This document shows, piece after piece, positions 49,692-64,000 of a stretch of 64,000 bases of DNA; position 1 is the stretch's first letter, and every line of letters starts with the position of its first letter. Position numbers and translations under genes: made by a program. The notes beneath the pieces were generated by a model. The model was not told the origin of the DNA. It made no database searches and worked only from the letters and a program-made list of their open reading frames with translations. Source of the stretch: Ylistrum balloti (taxonomy: Eukaryota); contig NW_026782296.1 of the NCBI RefSeq assembly GCF_031769215.1, positions 310,001 to 374,000 on the forward strand. Reading direction: 5' to 3'.

Positions 49692-52600
49692 AGAATGGAT
49701 CACTGGATTGCTTGTCATGATTTCTTGCAGTCAGACGATCAGTAGAACTTTGATAGTATTCAAGTTAACTTATATGTATATATTGAATTTTTGAAGATCT
49801 ATATTTTTACACAATTCTACTTCATAGTAATTTTTAAATATTTCTATAATTATTTGCTATTTTGAAGGTAATTTTTTTCTGATTCTGTGATAAAAAAACT
49901 TTTATAACATAAATCAAACTTAAATTCAAGATGCAACTTTAATAGTGAGATTTTACTGAATCATGTTTCAAAATGACTTTTTTTGTTTTGCTAGGAGTAG
50001 TTCAGTCACTTTGATTTTGTTTTTTACTTGAAATCAGTCAAAAAAATATTTATTGAATAAATATTCAAAAATCCTGTTGGAGTTTTGTTATTATCAGCTG
50101 GTGATTTAATGCAGCAAACAAAGGCAACCTTTTTACATTGTTTTGACTATACATTTACCTAATTTTAAACACTGATCATGTAGAATTCCCTTTGAACTGT
50201 TAGGTTGTTTGTAGGTGAAACTGGTCAAAATTTTGTTATAGTTATGACTAACACCAATCTCATCATTATTTGTCATCTATGAAGTTGGAGATTTTCAAAG
50301 TGAAATTATACAAATATTCTGACATATCTAGACAATAGGAACTATTTCAATCCAACAGTTTGGAATTGTTCTTGTTTGTGCATGGACTGCCTGTATTCTG
50401 AAAATTTGCAAATATGATACAATTGTACATGTGTATTGAAGTTTTTTTTAAGTAACATCATCTCCTCCCTTACTTTTGTTTGGTTTTTTTTTTAACAAAA
50501 AGCATTGTCCATATATTTTATAGGTCTTGAGGTCAAGGCCATATGAAGTGATAAGTTCTCTTAGTAAAATATCTTATAAGCATCAATGTCTGTATCTTTA
50601 TCATGGTATATCTTGATGAATACCATACATGGACCTGTTTATATGAATTTTCATACCTATTTGTTTAACACACATTTTGATATCTTGAAAATTTTGTCAG
50701 CACTGTGTGATGTTATTTGTGGAAGCAAATTACATGAACAAACAATTAACAACTTTAAGACTGATTAGAAGAAACTCCAAAGTAAAAAATGTGCATTTTA
50801 CTATTTTCATTTTTTAAGATGGAAAAAAAATTGGACAGCAAGATTCTGTCTGATCCAGTTATTAATTTCTTAATCTAATATTGAGAAACATTGTTACATG
50901 CAGTTCATCAAAATAAAGAGAAATTTGAAACATTTCAAAAGGTGACTTTATTTTCTATATATTGTACATATCATTTAAATAGCAAACAACATTTCAACAT
51001 ATGTCTGGATGACATAACATCTCTCAGGTAACATTTCTGGGTTTTTATATCACTCTCACTACCAATAGACAATTACATGGAAGATTTAACAAACACTACA
51101 GCACACTTGGTAAATATTAAGTTATCTTGAATTAAGAATAAAAACAAAAATTCAATGTCAACCTCTGATCTATGGGAATACCCAAAATATAGAAGTATCT
51201 TGGTATAGGTTGTTTATTCTACATGAAATGGTACTGATGTAGCATTTAAGGAAATCTTGTGTAGAATGCCAGTGTAATTTAGAGTAGTATCTATACACTT
51301 TAACCTGTAAAAATCAATTAATTCTGTAGCAGTGTACAAATATAGCAGTACACTGGGTGCTCTAGAAATAATGACTAGAAAAACACATCTTTTAAACTTT
51401 TCAGTGTTTTTCTTCTTTGCAAAATGCTGAAAAAAATCTGTCAACCCAAAAAGAATAAAAAAGAAAAAAAAAACAGGCCGCTATTAATCATGTACAAGAT
51501 AAGTACAAGATAAACAAAATTTCGAGTATAAAAGATTCAATGATGACAGGAACAAAGCACTTCAATATAAACTAAAGGGTGGTAAATTTTGAATACTTGG
51601 TACATGTACCTCATATTCTAATTTACAGATTAAGAAGTGACATGCTTAATTCATCAAAACAATTATAAACTCTTATCATAATCATTTTCACTGAAAGATA
51701 TATTACCCATGACAACTTTACAACTGTACTATTACAGTAAAAACACTGAGATTTCCCTTAAATTCTAGAAAGATTTCAACAATGACAACAGATATTCCAG
51801 ACACTGAAGAGGATTCAACAATACAAACAACTTCAATTTAACAAGGACAGTCTAACTATAATCAAGAATTCCAAGTAAGATACTTGTACATATGGTGTAA
51901 TAATTTGTGTCATCTACTTGGATTAAAGGGGAGACACCACAAAACACTTACAAATTGCACAATAGTTTGTCATGGGACTTGACAGACCCAAAAAAGGAAA
52001 TCCATAACATTAAGATTTAAAATAACAAGACTGTTCCATACACTTCCATAATCTATGAGGAAGTATCTGCTTCAAGCAAAGGGAGAAGTCGTTATAACAC
52101 CAGGGTGTGAAATACAGCTTATATAAAATACAAGTCATATACAGAAATAAATATATTATTGTTATCCATCAATATGTACAAGTCTTATGTAGCCATTGCA
52201 TAGGCACCTTAAACCTATGTTTTATTATCTATGTTATTGAAAAAGGTGAAAGAATCATAGAGCTAGAGTAATTTTGATTTATAATCAGACATGAATGCAA
52301 GTGACAACTTATTGCACTTTGTCAAGACAATTCTTTTAATGTCAAACAGATTCTTGTTGGCAATGTAGTCTATCAATATAAAGTTATGTCAGCTGTACAT
52401 ACAGCAGTAGAGCACTAAAAGAGAATTAAAGCAGCAAGCCTGTATTAGAATTTTCCAAAAAACACTGCCCTAGCTGGTACATACATAAGCATTTTTTTCC
52501 TTAATGGTAGAAGTCATCTATAACAAACATAGCCTGGAATCAGATGTTGTGTGTTTATCTCTCAAGTTTAAACTAATGTAAGAATGATTTACCTTTGTGT

Positions 52601-55600
52601 AACATTAAAATATGAAATAGGTATTTCTATAAGGGTAGTATGTGTATACAGAACCAATCATTTTTTTGTTTTTGTTTAGGGGTATATTTTTGAAAGGAGT
52701 AGGGATGGAGGGAAAGGGGGAGCAGTTAGACAATAAATGTATCAGGAATGTTTGTTTCAAAATATTTAAACTTCTTTAGAAGTTGGTTCAGTTTATATAC
52801 AGAAGATAGTGGTTAACCTTGGGGTTAAAATCAAAAACAGTACAAATCCATGATTTTTATCTAATGTAACATATATCACAAAAATATCATTACTTAATCA
52901 AATGGGAAGAAAAAAAATCTGAATATGAATAAACTTCCTGGCAAAATCACACACTATAGGAAATCTATAAAGAACATGATGCAAATTATCCAATAATAGG
53001 TTGTCAACATTTCAGCTCTATCCTGGTTGGAAATAAAAGGATGGTTTCTCGAGGAAATCTTATTTTTTACCTTCACATTATCTACAAATACTACAAATAT
53101 ATACACACAAACAACATGAGAAATGTTAATCATGGAACTCAGATCCTACAAGCATTTACATTTATTTACAAAATTATGTTGGACGATATATTTCTAGTTT
53201 GAATGGACGGAATAATTCAGTGGAAAGAATTATTGAGTTTTCAAAATAATTTACAGTACTATCCAGATCAAATTCTGAATATTACATTCCAGCATATAAC
53301 ATCTAGCATTCCAGCAAAGGCTCATTTCTCTAAATATTTAATATACATTCAACACCTTCACTTCATTAATAACATTTCTTTAAAACATTATCTTTATATT
53401 TCAATCTTTCATAAATTTGTTTATCTATCTGCACATAACAAAGAACATGTTTATAAAAAAATATACATACATGTACTGTTGCTGATACAATTTACATGTC
53501 TGTAGTTAATTTAAACTAGACAAATTTGAATAAACTTTGTTCAAACTTTAATGAAGTTGAATCTGTTATAGAATATCTTAGCTTACATAAACAGCAGCAA
53601 GAGACAAATGTTATCAAGGGGAAAGTTTTTACATTAATGGAAATTTCAGCAAAACAATTAGGATAATGTGAAAAAGAGCAAAATTGTTGCTACATAAGAA
53701 AGTACATTTTTCTTCCCTCAAAACAAGTGTAAAAGGCTGTTCATCTAAACTGAAAATAAAAACAAAAAGAAATCATGCATATACCTGTAGAACCACAATA
53801 ATGGTATAGTTTACAAAATGTTCTTAAATAAGCAATAGACACAAGGTACTTTTTTATTAATTCATTCTCAACATGTTGAAAATATCTCGCCCTGTTCATG
53901 AGTTTTTCTGTTATTCATCATGGTTCAATAGCTTATCTTCAGTAAAACTAATAATTCATTGACAACAAACCTATATTCAGTATACACAATGAACAAGAGG
54001 GCTGTCCAGAAAGTATTAGTTGATGTATTACTGCACCACATTTACCAGTTTTCCCGTCTTCAGATTTTAAAACAAATGTTATCCAGCAACTATACAAAGT
54101 ATAACATCATTAGGTATTAACAGGGTTCACATTGATCAGCAGATCAGCTAAGTAAAATGCCTATGTAAATATAATCTTCATAAATGAAAAAAAACAAAAT
54201 CAAATAATGCTGAATGTCACTGAAATGCTAAACCAACTTTTACTGATATCTGTGGAGAGAGATTTACAAAAAAAAGTTCAGGATCTGAATCAAAAGGTCC
54301 ACAACTAACATAACTTTGTTTCTGAGGGAGGGGCTTCAGTCATGCATTCTAAGAAAGTTCTTACTCCAAGCATGAATTGTTCATGTACCAACATCAGCAA
54401 CACGAATTTAACCAAGTTTGATAAGGGACTGATTTGATGAAAAAAAAATAAAAAACCAGTATAACCTAGATTAAGTTAACTGGCCATTAAGAGCAAAATG
54501 TCAAAGATATACATTGATATTTTGTATCTATTTACTGAAAAATCTTCAGTTAGATGTTCTTGTTTATCACTTTTGACACTGATTCTCAACTAAAGGCAGG
54601 CTGGAGATGTAAAATTGTTATAGCAAATAACACTACACATTGGAAAATCCATAGATTTCTAACATAAATAAATTTCCAATGTGCTATGAACTTAATAAAA
54701 ATAACTATCTTGCCCAACGTACAGTATCATTACTATGATCATGCTTGTCTTGACTCTTGGAAAGCTATTGTTGCACTCATTCAATTTTTCAGATATCATG
54801 ATCAAAATGATTGAATTTCAACAATAAAATAGCTTAATTCATATTTGCCCTTATTACGTCGAACATATGAATATAATTAAATGATTATTAACAATTCAAT
54901 TCAACTAGGCCAATTCCCAGCACTACTTCACACAACCTGTATTAAAATTAATTTAGATGTAGCTTAAGTAGTAATCTACAGAGATGTAATTTTTCTATTG
55001 TATTGGTCCCCCACCTCCACACTACTCAAGAGGTCCCATTTATATATTATAGAATATTTCTACAGCCCTGGAATGTTCCAATTGAAGTATTTAAATGCCT
55101 CTTCCCTTACCCCTGCTGTGCTACACAAGCTAATCTGTACTTGTCTGGTATAAAGCAGATATGCAGACAAGTCAGATGAATCAAATTAATGACACACTTA
55201 TCAATTAAAGGTCTATTTAGCAGAAAACACACACTTATGAAAATCTCCCATGCTAATGTTTCCTATATCTATATTTGCTTTAACATCACCATGATGACAA
55301 CTGTCTAAGGCAAATGAAGAAATACACATCTATAATGTTATTGTTGATAAGGGATCCTCGGAAAGTGAATGATATTTCTGTACAGTATTCCAGAAGTGAA
55401 AGTCACATCACAACAGCAAGTGTTCTTTATTCTAAGGTGAAAGTCAGTATTTACAGTATTATGCATATATGTGATGATCCATTAAGTGCAGTAAGAGCAA
55501 CACATTGGCAAACAGATAAGTGTACTCAATTAGCATGTCAGCCGGGTCTAAATGCCTGATGAGAGATTTAACATCACTGTATAATGAACTGCAACAGTTG

Positions 55601-56821
55601 TTGACAAATATAAGGTTATGAATATATGGACTAAATTTTCATGAATTTGAATTCTCTGGCATTTTCATTGGATGGACTATTGAGTATTGTATGGATAATG
55701 GTGACTAAATTCATTGACACACCAATCACAAATATAGACTATCTAACCAATTACATCCAGAGCACTGAAAGTTACTCCAGATCTATTTCAATGACCATCT
55801 GACTTTTCTCTTCAGTTATCCATATTTTCATTCTTTCATACTTTCATTAAATTTGGTGTGATTTTCATGAATGATTGATGAGAGCTTGGATAATGATTTA
55901 TGAGTGGAACAAATACAAACATACATAAAACTGTGAAACAAATTACATATATGTATATATATAAAGTATATACCATCTATGTAATGTATACACTGCTGTG
56001 GAATAATCAAAATATAATCCCTTGTTAGAGTAAAAGTTATTCCCCAAAAGTCAAAAATAACTTATTTTATGCTCTGACTGGACGGATATCGAGCATACAT
56101 CCAAAGCTCTATATATTAATATATATATCATCATTTTAACCATTTATTTTCTCTGATAGTTTTATGGTTGATGTAGAAAGTGTACTTCCATTTCATGAAG
56201 AATCAATAATACCTGATTTCATCTACACTTCCACTGGATTTCAGTTTCAAATCAATGGAGTGAAATAAATATTTCAAGTAGCTTTGAAAAGTTTTTAAAA
56301 TTCAAACTATGTAATTGCTAATTTTCATGGATTATATACACCCTTGGACTATTATGTGTTTCAAAACTTATTTTCCAAGTCTTTTGTAATAAACCAGAGT
56401 AGCAAAATGTCATTAAAAAAATCAATGAAGAAATTTCATTATTTCTTTCTATTATCAATGAGATCATCCAATTTGTTCATAAAATTTGGGAGAAATAATC
56501 AATTAATCCGAATAAATTCTCAATGTGTTAAGCTATAGGTCTTCCTATATACTGATATTTTTTTAAGCATTTTTCAATAAAAGCAAAACAATGGCAAGAC
56601 ACATGATTTCGCAAATGGTTTACGAACAAGAGGTCTCAGGTGACCTAGAAATCCATCACTGAAATTAGCAACTACGCAGTCTGAAACATGATAATTTAAC
56701 AAATGATTTAAGTAATAAATACAACAATTTCAAATGAGCCTTAATTGATAAAATGGTAATACTGCTCCTTTGAATTTAAAAAGGTGTTGATTATGAGACA
56801 TATTCTTTCTGGTTTTCAGTT

Positions 56822-59800
56822 TTACACAACTTGTTCCTGTTGTGGTTGCTGTGGTGGTTGCTGGGGAATCTGTTGCTGTGGTAACTGTTGTTGCTGGGCA
56901 ACCATTGCTGGCTGCTGTGGGAACTGTGTTTGTTGTGGGGGCTGCTGAAGGTGGGGATGATGTGGATGCTGGACATGTGGGGTGGCAGGTGTGGCTTGAC
57001 TGTGACGTTGGTGCATCATTTGGGCCACCTCATTTACATAGGTGATGTCAGGTCGCTGCTCTGGCTTAGGGTTAATACAAATGGCAATCAGGTTCCTTAA
57101 CTAAAAAAAAGAACAGAAAAACATGTTTTTGTAAGTTCCAAAGTGCATCGTTGCAAGTTTTGTGTTGTACTTTTAAGCATAGTTTTGTGATGTACATATA
57201 GAAACTAACTTCCAAGGGGGGGGGGATTTACATTCACTCACCTAATATGAAAATGAAAATATCTTTAATTAAGTCTGTGTCTGAGGTAAACACAAAGTCC
57301 TTCCCTATCTGAGGCATCTGAGGCAACACACAATTCTTCCTCCACCCTCTGTGGTGGAGAAAAACACACAGTCCCTTCCCCATCCTGTGTGTCTGAGACA
57401 CACAGACCCTCCAATATCCATTGTGTTAGAGGCAAACTCACAAGTCCCTTTCTTTCCCTTTGTGACACAAATCAGACTCCCTCATCAACCCACTATGTCT
57501 GAGGAACACATAGTTTCTCTCCCCATCCGAAGTGCCAAAAGTAATTCCACAAATTCACTCCCCTCCCCTTATACGACTGAGTCTAAGGTAAACACACAGT
57601 TACTCTCTCATCCTCTGTAACAGACAGTCCATTTGCCACTGATTCCAAGACATATGCAAGCATATGGTCTATTCCCTACTGAACTGTGTTCAGGACAAAT
57701 TCTCTTTCACAACCACTTTATCTGAGGCAGAAATACAGTCTCTTCATCTCCCATTAGTCTCTTACATGATGTTTTCCCCCACGAGCATTAATTAAAGACT
57801 GTAAATAATAATAACTACAATGTGAAAAGGATTTTAAAAGACATCCAATATAAGAAATACCAAAACACTTCAAATTAACTATACTCACATCCTCGGAGTA
57901 CCAATCGGCTGGCAAAGGTGGGTAATCACACTGGTCAATCTTTTTACAAAGTGAGTACAGGTTCATCTTGTCTCCATAAAATGGGGACTGTAAAGCTGCC
58001 ATCTGATAAAAATGCAAAATTTTCATGTAGGTTAATGACCAAGATACTATAAATTACATTTTGAAGAGTTTATTCTTTTTTTAAACGCTGAATATGTGTA
58101 TGTGACCAGTCTTAATATCATCGATCTGTTTCTCTAGAACCAGATGATTTAACATATCACCAGTACTTCTTTCAAAGTTTTAAACATATGTGACAAAATG
58201 ATCATGAAAGTTTAAGAAAATATCACTTATTTTATTAATGTTGGCATCACTAATCTACTAATCATGGACTTAATTTGATTTTTAATTTTACAATTTACAT
58301 CTTCATTATAATTATGATAATGCACGGTCTGAAGCATGTAAAATAGTAGTACGGTAGTTGGTATTTTGTCAATTTGACTATAAATCCTGAGTATCAATCC
58401 AATCAGATAAAAATACCATAAACATAGTGCTCACAAGTATACAGTCTTCCAAATAATTCAACATTAGATGTATAAGAATTCCAGATTTGATTTGATGAGG
58501 TATATATAACCTACCTCATACAGTAGACAACCCAAGGACCACATGTCTGATTTAAAGTTGTATCCTGTTTCATGGATTCTTTCTGGAGACATGTAGTATG
58601 GGGTTCCAACTATTGACAAAAACAAACAACAAGGATTACAGACACATCAAAGAAATAATATATTGTATTTACCCTCAAATCAGCCTAGGGAGTCTTATAC
58701 ATTACCTCTGATTCAAATTCTGAGGGAGGGCTTATTACAGACATTGAAAAAGTACCTTTAGTACTACTACTTCCAGCAACAGATATGGGTGGGATTATTA
58801 CCATGATCTCAATGCTGGATAAATATAGCATGTAGAATTGGGTTCTAATGACAGAAAAAATATATAGTAAATACATCATCCAACTGTTGACAAAAATGAA
58901 ATTGTGAAAGTATTGACAGAAACAACCCATGAAGTATGAGGTCTCAGTTACAGTACTGGTTGTATATGGTCCCATTAGTTGCAATGTTTTAAGCAGAATA
59001 GGTATAAATTCCAATGCCAGACAACAAAAGAACATACAGAGTGGAGTTAAGTATAAAATGGTGTTGGAAGTTAAATAGAAGAACTAGTAAAGTGTTGCAA
59101 TGGATTCAACAAAACATAAAGATATCTAAAAAAAACATCAGACATATTTGTGCTGGACAAACAATGTTATTTTAATACCTTGAATGCTATGATATCTATT
59201 GAAACATGTAACATTTTTACACTTAAATACCTAAGGAATGAGCAGCTGTGGTTTTTGAGCTGAAGAAACGACCTAATCCAAGGTCTCCAAGTTTCACTCT
59301 GCCTTGTGCCGTAATAAATACATTGGCTGGTTTTATGTCTGTAAGGAAATGATAATATTCATTATCGTATTTTAATACAAAATCAATGAATTTATTCTTC
59401 AGTCAAAATACAAATTCCTATCATAACTATTCTCTTGGAAGTCCCTTCACAATGAATAAAATCAAAATATCTTTTATTCTATAGATAGTTTATTATATGC
59501 CAAATGAAGATTTCAACCTACCTCAACTGTATCAATTGGCATGAAAGTGAGTAACTTTTGTGAACAATCAATTCTGGTTTGGTATAATGCTTGTATATGT
59601 GCTATATATTATCCTAAGTAGGTACATTTCAAATAAGACATGAATATTATTCACTTTTTATCTCATTTTAAAATCAAACCAGCTCTGTTGAATACTGAAA
59701 CATATGAAATAATGACTTCAGGTATCATAGGCCTCATAGATGTTGTTGAATAGATGCTAACAGACACTAAAGCATGGCAATGTACACTACTCTTTCATAT

Positions 59801-62103
59801 TTGCTATGACGCTTACTTCTACTGTATTAGCATGTACATACTGCAATGAGAATTTTTCACTAGAATAGACTATAAATTTCCAGGATATCTCTTAAGGCAT
59901 GACAAACTTACAACTTCAAATAAAATGTGTGAAAATGTGTTTAAAGCTTGATACGTTTTTTACGCTTTCGTGTTATCAAAACACAAATTTAAGTGAGAAG
60001 TAGGCAACATTCACCTGTGTCTCATTTTGACATATGGCATCCATTTCATGCTGTCTGTCAGAACAGCAAAAGGGTAACATTATTTGTACTGTCTGTCGGA
60101 ACAGCTAAAATACAACATTATATGTAATATTTCAGTACCTACCTCTGTGCATGATTCTTCTGGAGTGCATGTGTTCCAGAGCTCCACATATCTGTATAAA
60201 GTACTTCCATATTGTCTTCTCTGGTATCAGTCTGTTCTGTTTTTTAAAATGCTGAAAAAAAGTCAGTTAATCCTTTAAATTTGTATCCAATAATTGCTAC
60301 ACATGAAATGATTAGTACTTATAAATACAGTGAATATGCAATGAATGAAAAAACATGAAAACTCTTCAAGTTCATACTTATATTAGGAATGTTTGATTCA
60401 TAGATAAATGGAGAGTTATGAATAATTCTGAAATAAGTTAAGAATTGTGAATATTCAGAAAGTTTAGTGTGAAGACTTAATAAGATGTGAATAGATTGGT
60501 TACCTGAGAGTAAGTGCAAAGAATAAGAGAGAGAATCACTACAAATATAAACTTCTATATAAAATAAATAAAAAGTTGTAAAAGAATTAATTTCATTCCA
60601 TAGCTACACTATTATCATTGCAATAGCACTTATTTTATATTTTTTGTTATTTCACATTTGTAATATGAATAGAAGAGCTGAAGGTTTCTATTTTTTCCAC
60701 TGATGAATGTGATATGATGGCACCATACATGCATTGCAACACCACCAAAGAAACAGCTTTAGAGTTTAGACTTTGCACCTATCAAATGAAATGCTGTTTT
60801 ATAAATGTTTGCAAAAGCATCAAAGTTATTTGATAAACAGAAAGAGACTTTGTAAAATGAAAATTTTTAAAAATTGTTACAAAAATCTTATTTGAAATGG
60901 AAAGTTATGGAAGATTTTCTATATATATTTTTACAGCACTTAATGATATATTGAGATTTTTTAGAGAAGATTTTTATATACCTTGATCATACGAGACAGA
61001 TCTCCTGCATCTGCCAATTCCAGTACAATATTAAGCTCATTATTTTCTATGAAAGACGACAGGTATTTTATCACATTTGGATGGTTCAGTTGCTGAAATA
61101 GGAAATATTAACATTCATAAGATATACACTACACAAAGAAACTCTATTTTTCAATCTTTAGACAAACCTTATTGTGATGATAAATGGCTATACCTGAACA
61201 TTATCAACAAAAGGTTAACAAAACAAACTGCAACTACATTTTGTTAGTTGATGACATTCGAATATATAAAGCTGTTTGTTGTTTATCATCATTAGTCTGT
61301 AAATGCAGTGTATATTTTTCAGTACAGATACCGAAGTGTTTTTTAATTCAGTTGAAATTAATTTATACTCCACATCAGAAATAAGATATACCAATATATG
61401 TATAATTCCACCACGTATTACAAATAATCTGTAAAATATCACACGTAAAAAATAATTACTTTCAACAAATCAATCTCCTTGATACAATCTTGTCTTGCTT
61501 TTGCATCCATCATTTCAAATATCTGAAACAGAAAAATTAAACATGTTTGAAAACAACAATAAAAACATTTTTTCATTTAGTTACAACCAATTCATCATCA
61601 GCAGTGGCAGTTTGCATCTTCTTTTATTGTGCATCTTTAGCCACAAAATGATTGTCAAACTCACAATCATTACAAAAAATATATATACCAAGTAAAAAAA
61701 ATTAAGTGATTTTATCCATCCCAATATTATATTCCTTTGGAATATTACTAGTATAGATAATGTAAAAGGTCCCACTAGTTTTCTGGAATCCCATGCAAAA
61801 AGATTATTATGATCTATCTTTATGCTTTGATGAGGACCCTGTTTTAGGAAACACCTAACTGTGTGATTGTTGTCTTCAAACATATCACTTAGTCATTTCA
61901 AATGTGGATTATGGGAAACCTACCTGCACTTTTTTCAAAGCTACAACGCTTCCATCAACCTTACAGCGTGCTCGATAAACCTCAGAAAATTGACCTTTGC
62001 CAATTTTTTTGTCAATCTCAAAGTTTTCAAGTCTGCCATATACACTGTCTCTCTGGTACACTGTGGCCTGCTGGAGAGGCTCCTCCTGTTCCATAGGCTC
62101 CAT
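56822..62103 (-). CDS. NEK7: NEK6/NEK7-type NIMA-related Ser/Thr kinase, about 352 aa, 8 coding exons, with a Gln/Pro-rich C-terminal tail
   Basis: Exons 62103-61924, 61522-61460, 61092-60982, 60251-60143, 59338-59231, 58609-58515, 58002-57889 and 57100-56822 total 1059 nt. Motifs: [78 protein letters not shown] and [22 protein letters not shown]. It is probably co-orthologous to vertebrate NEK6 and NEK7. Confidence 0.96.
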
Positions 62104-63637
62104 GGCCTACACTCACTTGGTTTATGGAAGCAAAAATGATACTACATTTTCTTTTAATTGAAAGAAAAAAAAACAACAAAAAACACATGGGAGTAGATAG
62201 AGGCAGGAAGGTATCAAGAAGTTAAACTGATAATTGAAAACTGGCTTGTGGTTTGCCAAGAATACATCTCAGTCTAGTAACCCAGACAAGAAATAGTAAT
62301 ATGACATTTCAGTAAGTCTTTAATAGTTTGTCCACACAAAAAACTCTAAATGAAATTTTTGCTTGTTTGTTCCTCTTTAACTCAGAATCTAGAACTCAGA
62401 TCAATATGTTTGATATATTTTTGCATAATCTATTTTAATCATCAATTTATTGATGGCAATGGAGATGATCAAAGTAAAAAAAAGGAACCTTGATGATAAC
62501 ATCACATCTAATTTCAAACATGCAGCAAAACATTTGCAATACAATATTTAAAATCCATGAACTTCTTTCTGGCCCTCACAAATTGATGGCTCACAATGAT
62601 TCTCTGCCCTATAATTGTTACCCTTTGTAAAAATTAAAATGAAAACAACAAAAAACATTTTTGAATCTGAATGAATGATGATATCTTCTTCGCTCATTTT
62701 ACTATATATTGATAAATATATTTGAATTTTTGCATGTCGGATGGATATCAATGACAGATTAGTTTCTTACTATTAACAAAAACAGTTTGGTCTTTAAAAT
62801 CACTGGGGTCACCGAGAACGATCAGTATCAAATGACACAATTTTGCCAGAGACATGAATCGATTTGGTTGGAAGATGAATTGGATACTTTGGGCCATATC
62901 ATATGTTTTAAGTTTTACTGTGATTATAACATACATAAAATATCCACCCATATCCACATCTGGATTGCGTGTATCTTTCAATCGATCGCAATAAAGTTTG
63001 ACAGGTAAAACATTGTCTGACGGTGCAGTTTTTTCTGCTGCCAATATAGAACTACGTTTGTCAAATGCATTTTTTTCCGTAACATTATCAATTATTGTTG
63101 ATTGAATGATTGCGCTGTGCGGATTTTACACGAAATTATGTTCGATCATACCTGTGAAATGGACGGAATAAAAGTGTTTTTGCTGTATTTCGACGATCCT
63201 TTCCCCAAAAATATGTACAGGAAACAGCAGGTGCGCATGTACAAAGTTTTCCTGACAACCCATTCAGAACCTCTCTAGACTTGCCTAAGAATCTGCATTA
63301 ACAAATGTTCGGTACTTTTAGTCGATATTTTCATGTGTTTATTATGATACCAGTTGAGTACATTTATTCTTTATTAGCAAAAATAACTTAAAGAGTCCAC
63401 TCACTGTAGGCAACATAGATCTATATTTTGATAATTCATAAAAGTACGAAAATGACAACTTTCATTTTCGGACCTCCGCCAAAAAAGAAAGAGGTCAAAA
63501 TCGTGGTCGTTGAAATGTTTATGCGAGTGTAAAGTAAGATCCTTTGCCGAAGCGTGTGAACGATACGGAAAGAGAGAAAACGAAAACTCATGACCATTAT
63601 TTCAAGATTTCAAAAGTGAATCTCTGAACATTTTAAG

Positions 63638-63679
63638 ATGTCAGAGGAAGACACACCACCACCAGAGAGAGATGTTAAG
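63638..63679 (+). CDS. Possible first coding exon (MSEEDTPPPERDVK) of a gene continuing beyond the window
   Basis: ATG at 63638, 14 codons, then AAG|GTGATT. It sits downstream of a CpG-enriched region at about 63000-63600. No homology recognised. Confidence 0.3.
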
Positions 63680-64000
63680 GTGATTATTTATTGGACGACG
63701 CTATCAATTACATGGAACGTTCTTGGAAAATGTGCGCAGTTTGGCCAACCATATATTTGCTGGCTAATGTCCAACTAGAAAACCCCAAAGTGTCCTCTTT
63801 CACTATTTTTCAATTCGGGTAGAAATTGCCGCTTATACATGTCAATGGATGTGCATTGTAGAGTTAAAATAAAATGGATGTGTATTGCAACTGAATAAGA
63901 TAATTATAAAGTAAACATCATGAACACTGTTTAGAGGTTCAACACAACAAGACACTTTTGATAGGCGCCAATGTAATCAGACGTAGTAAAATCTCTTATA

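Noticed and set aside
60015-60054. 40-nt cassette-like segment in a NEK intron (possible poison exon)
   Set aside because: It has AG/GT borders but a weak pyrimidine tract and no supporting evidence, so it is probably chance.

Overview
AT-rich, intron-rich eukaryotic (metazoan) genomic DNA, most likely a bivalve mollusc; this is inferred from Helentron/HINE-like and V-domain SINE repeats, not proven. I rebuilt six spliced genes by hand from GT-AG junctions and codon phase: (1) an NmrA-like/HSCARG-type SDR-fold gene (+, 9303-11518); (2) a 12-exon, about 792-aa gene (-, 19151-30645) joining ARM-like helical regions, an extended Tudor domain and a C-terminal SLFNL1-like Schlafen/AlbA_2 domain; (3) proteasome beta2 PSMB7 (+, from 32655, last exon not found); (4) a PLPP6/7-like lipid phosphatase (-, 45761-47073); (5) FAM78 (+, 47566-49691); (6) a NEK6/7 kinase with a Gln/Pro tail (-, 56822-62103). 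The window also holds many tandem arrays (21, 28, 30, 46, 46, 59/60, 63, 74 and 156 bp units), HINE-like elements, a tRNA-derived SINE with a 10-bp TSD, a 497-bp insertion with a 14-bp TSD, and MITE-like elements. The best candidates for novelty are the Tudor-Schlafen fusion, which resembles the nematode PETISCO-PUCH piRNA-processing pairing in one polypeptide, two tandem arrays in that gene that multiply in-frame 5' splice donors, and a compact PSMB7-PLPP-FAM78-NEK6/7 cluster mirroring two gene pairs on human 9q33-34. No database searches were run; family calls come from motif recognition.
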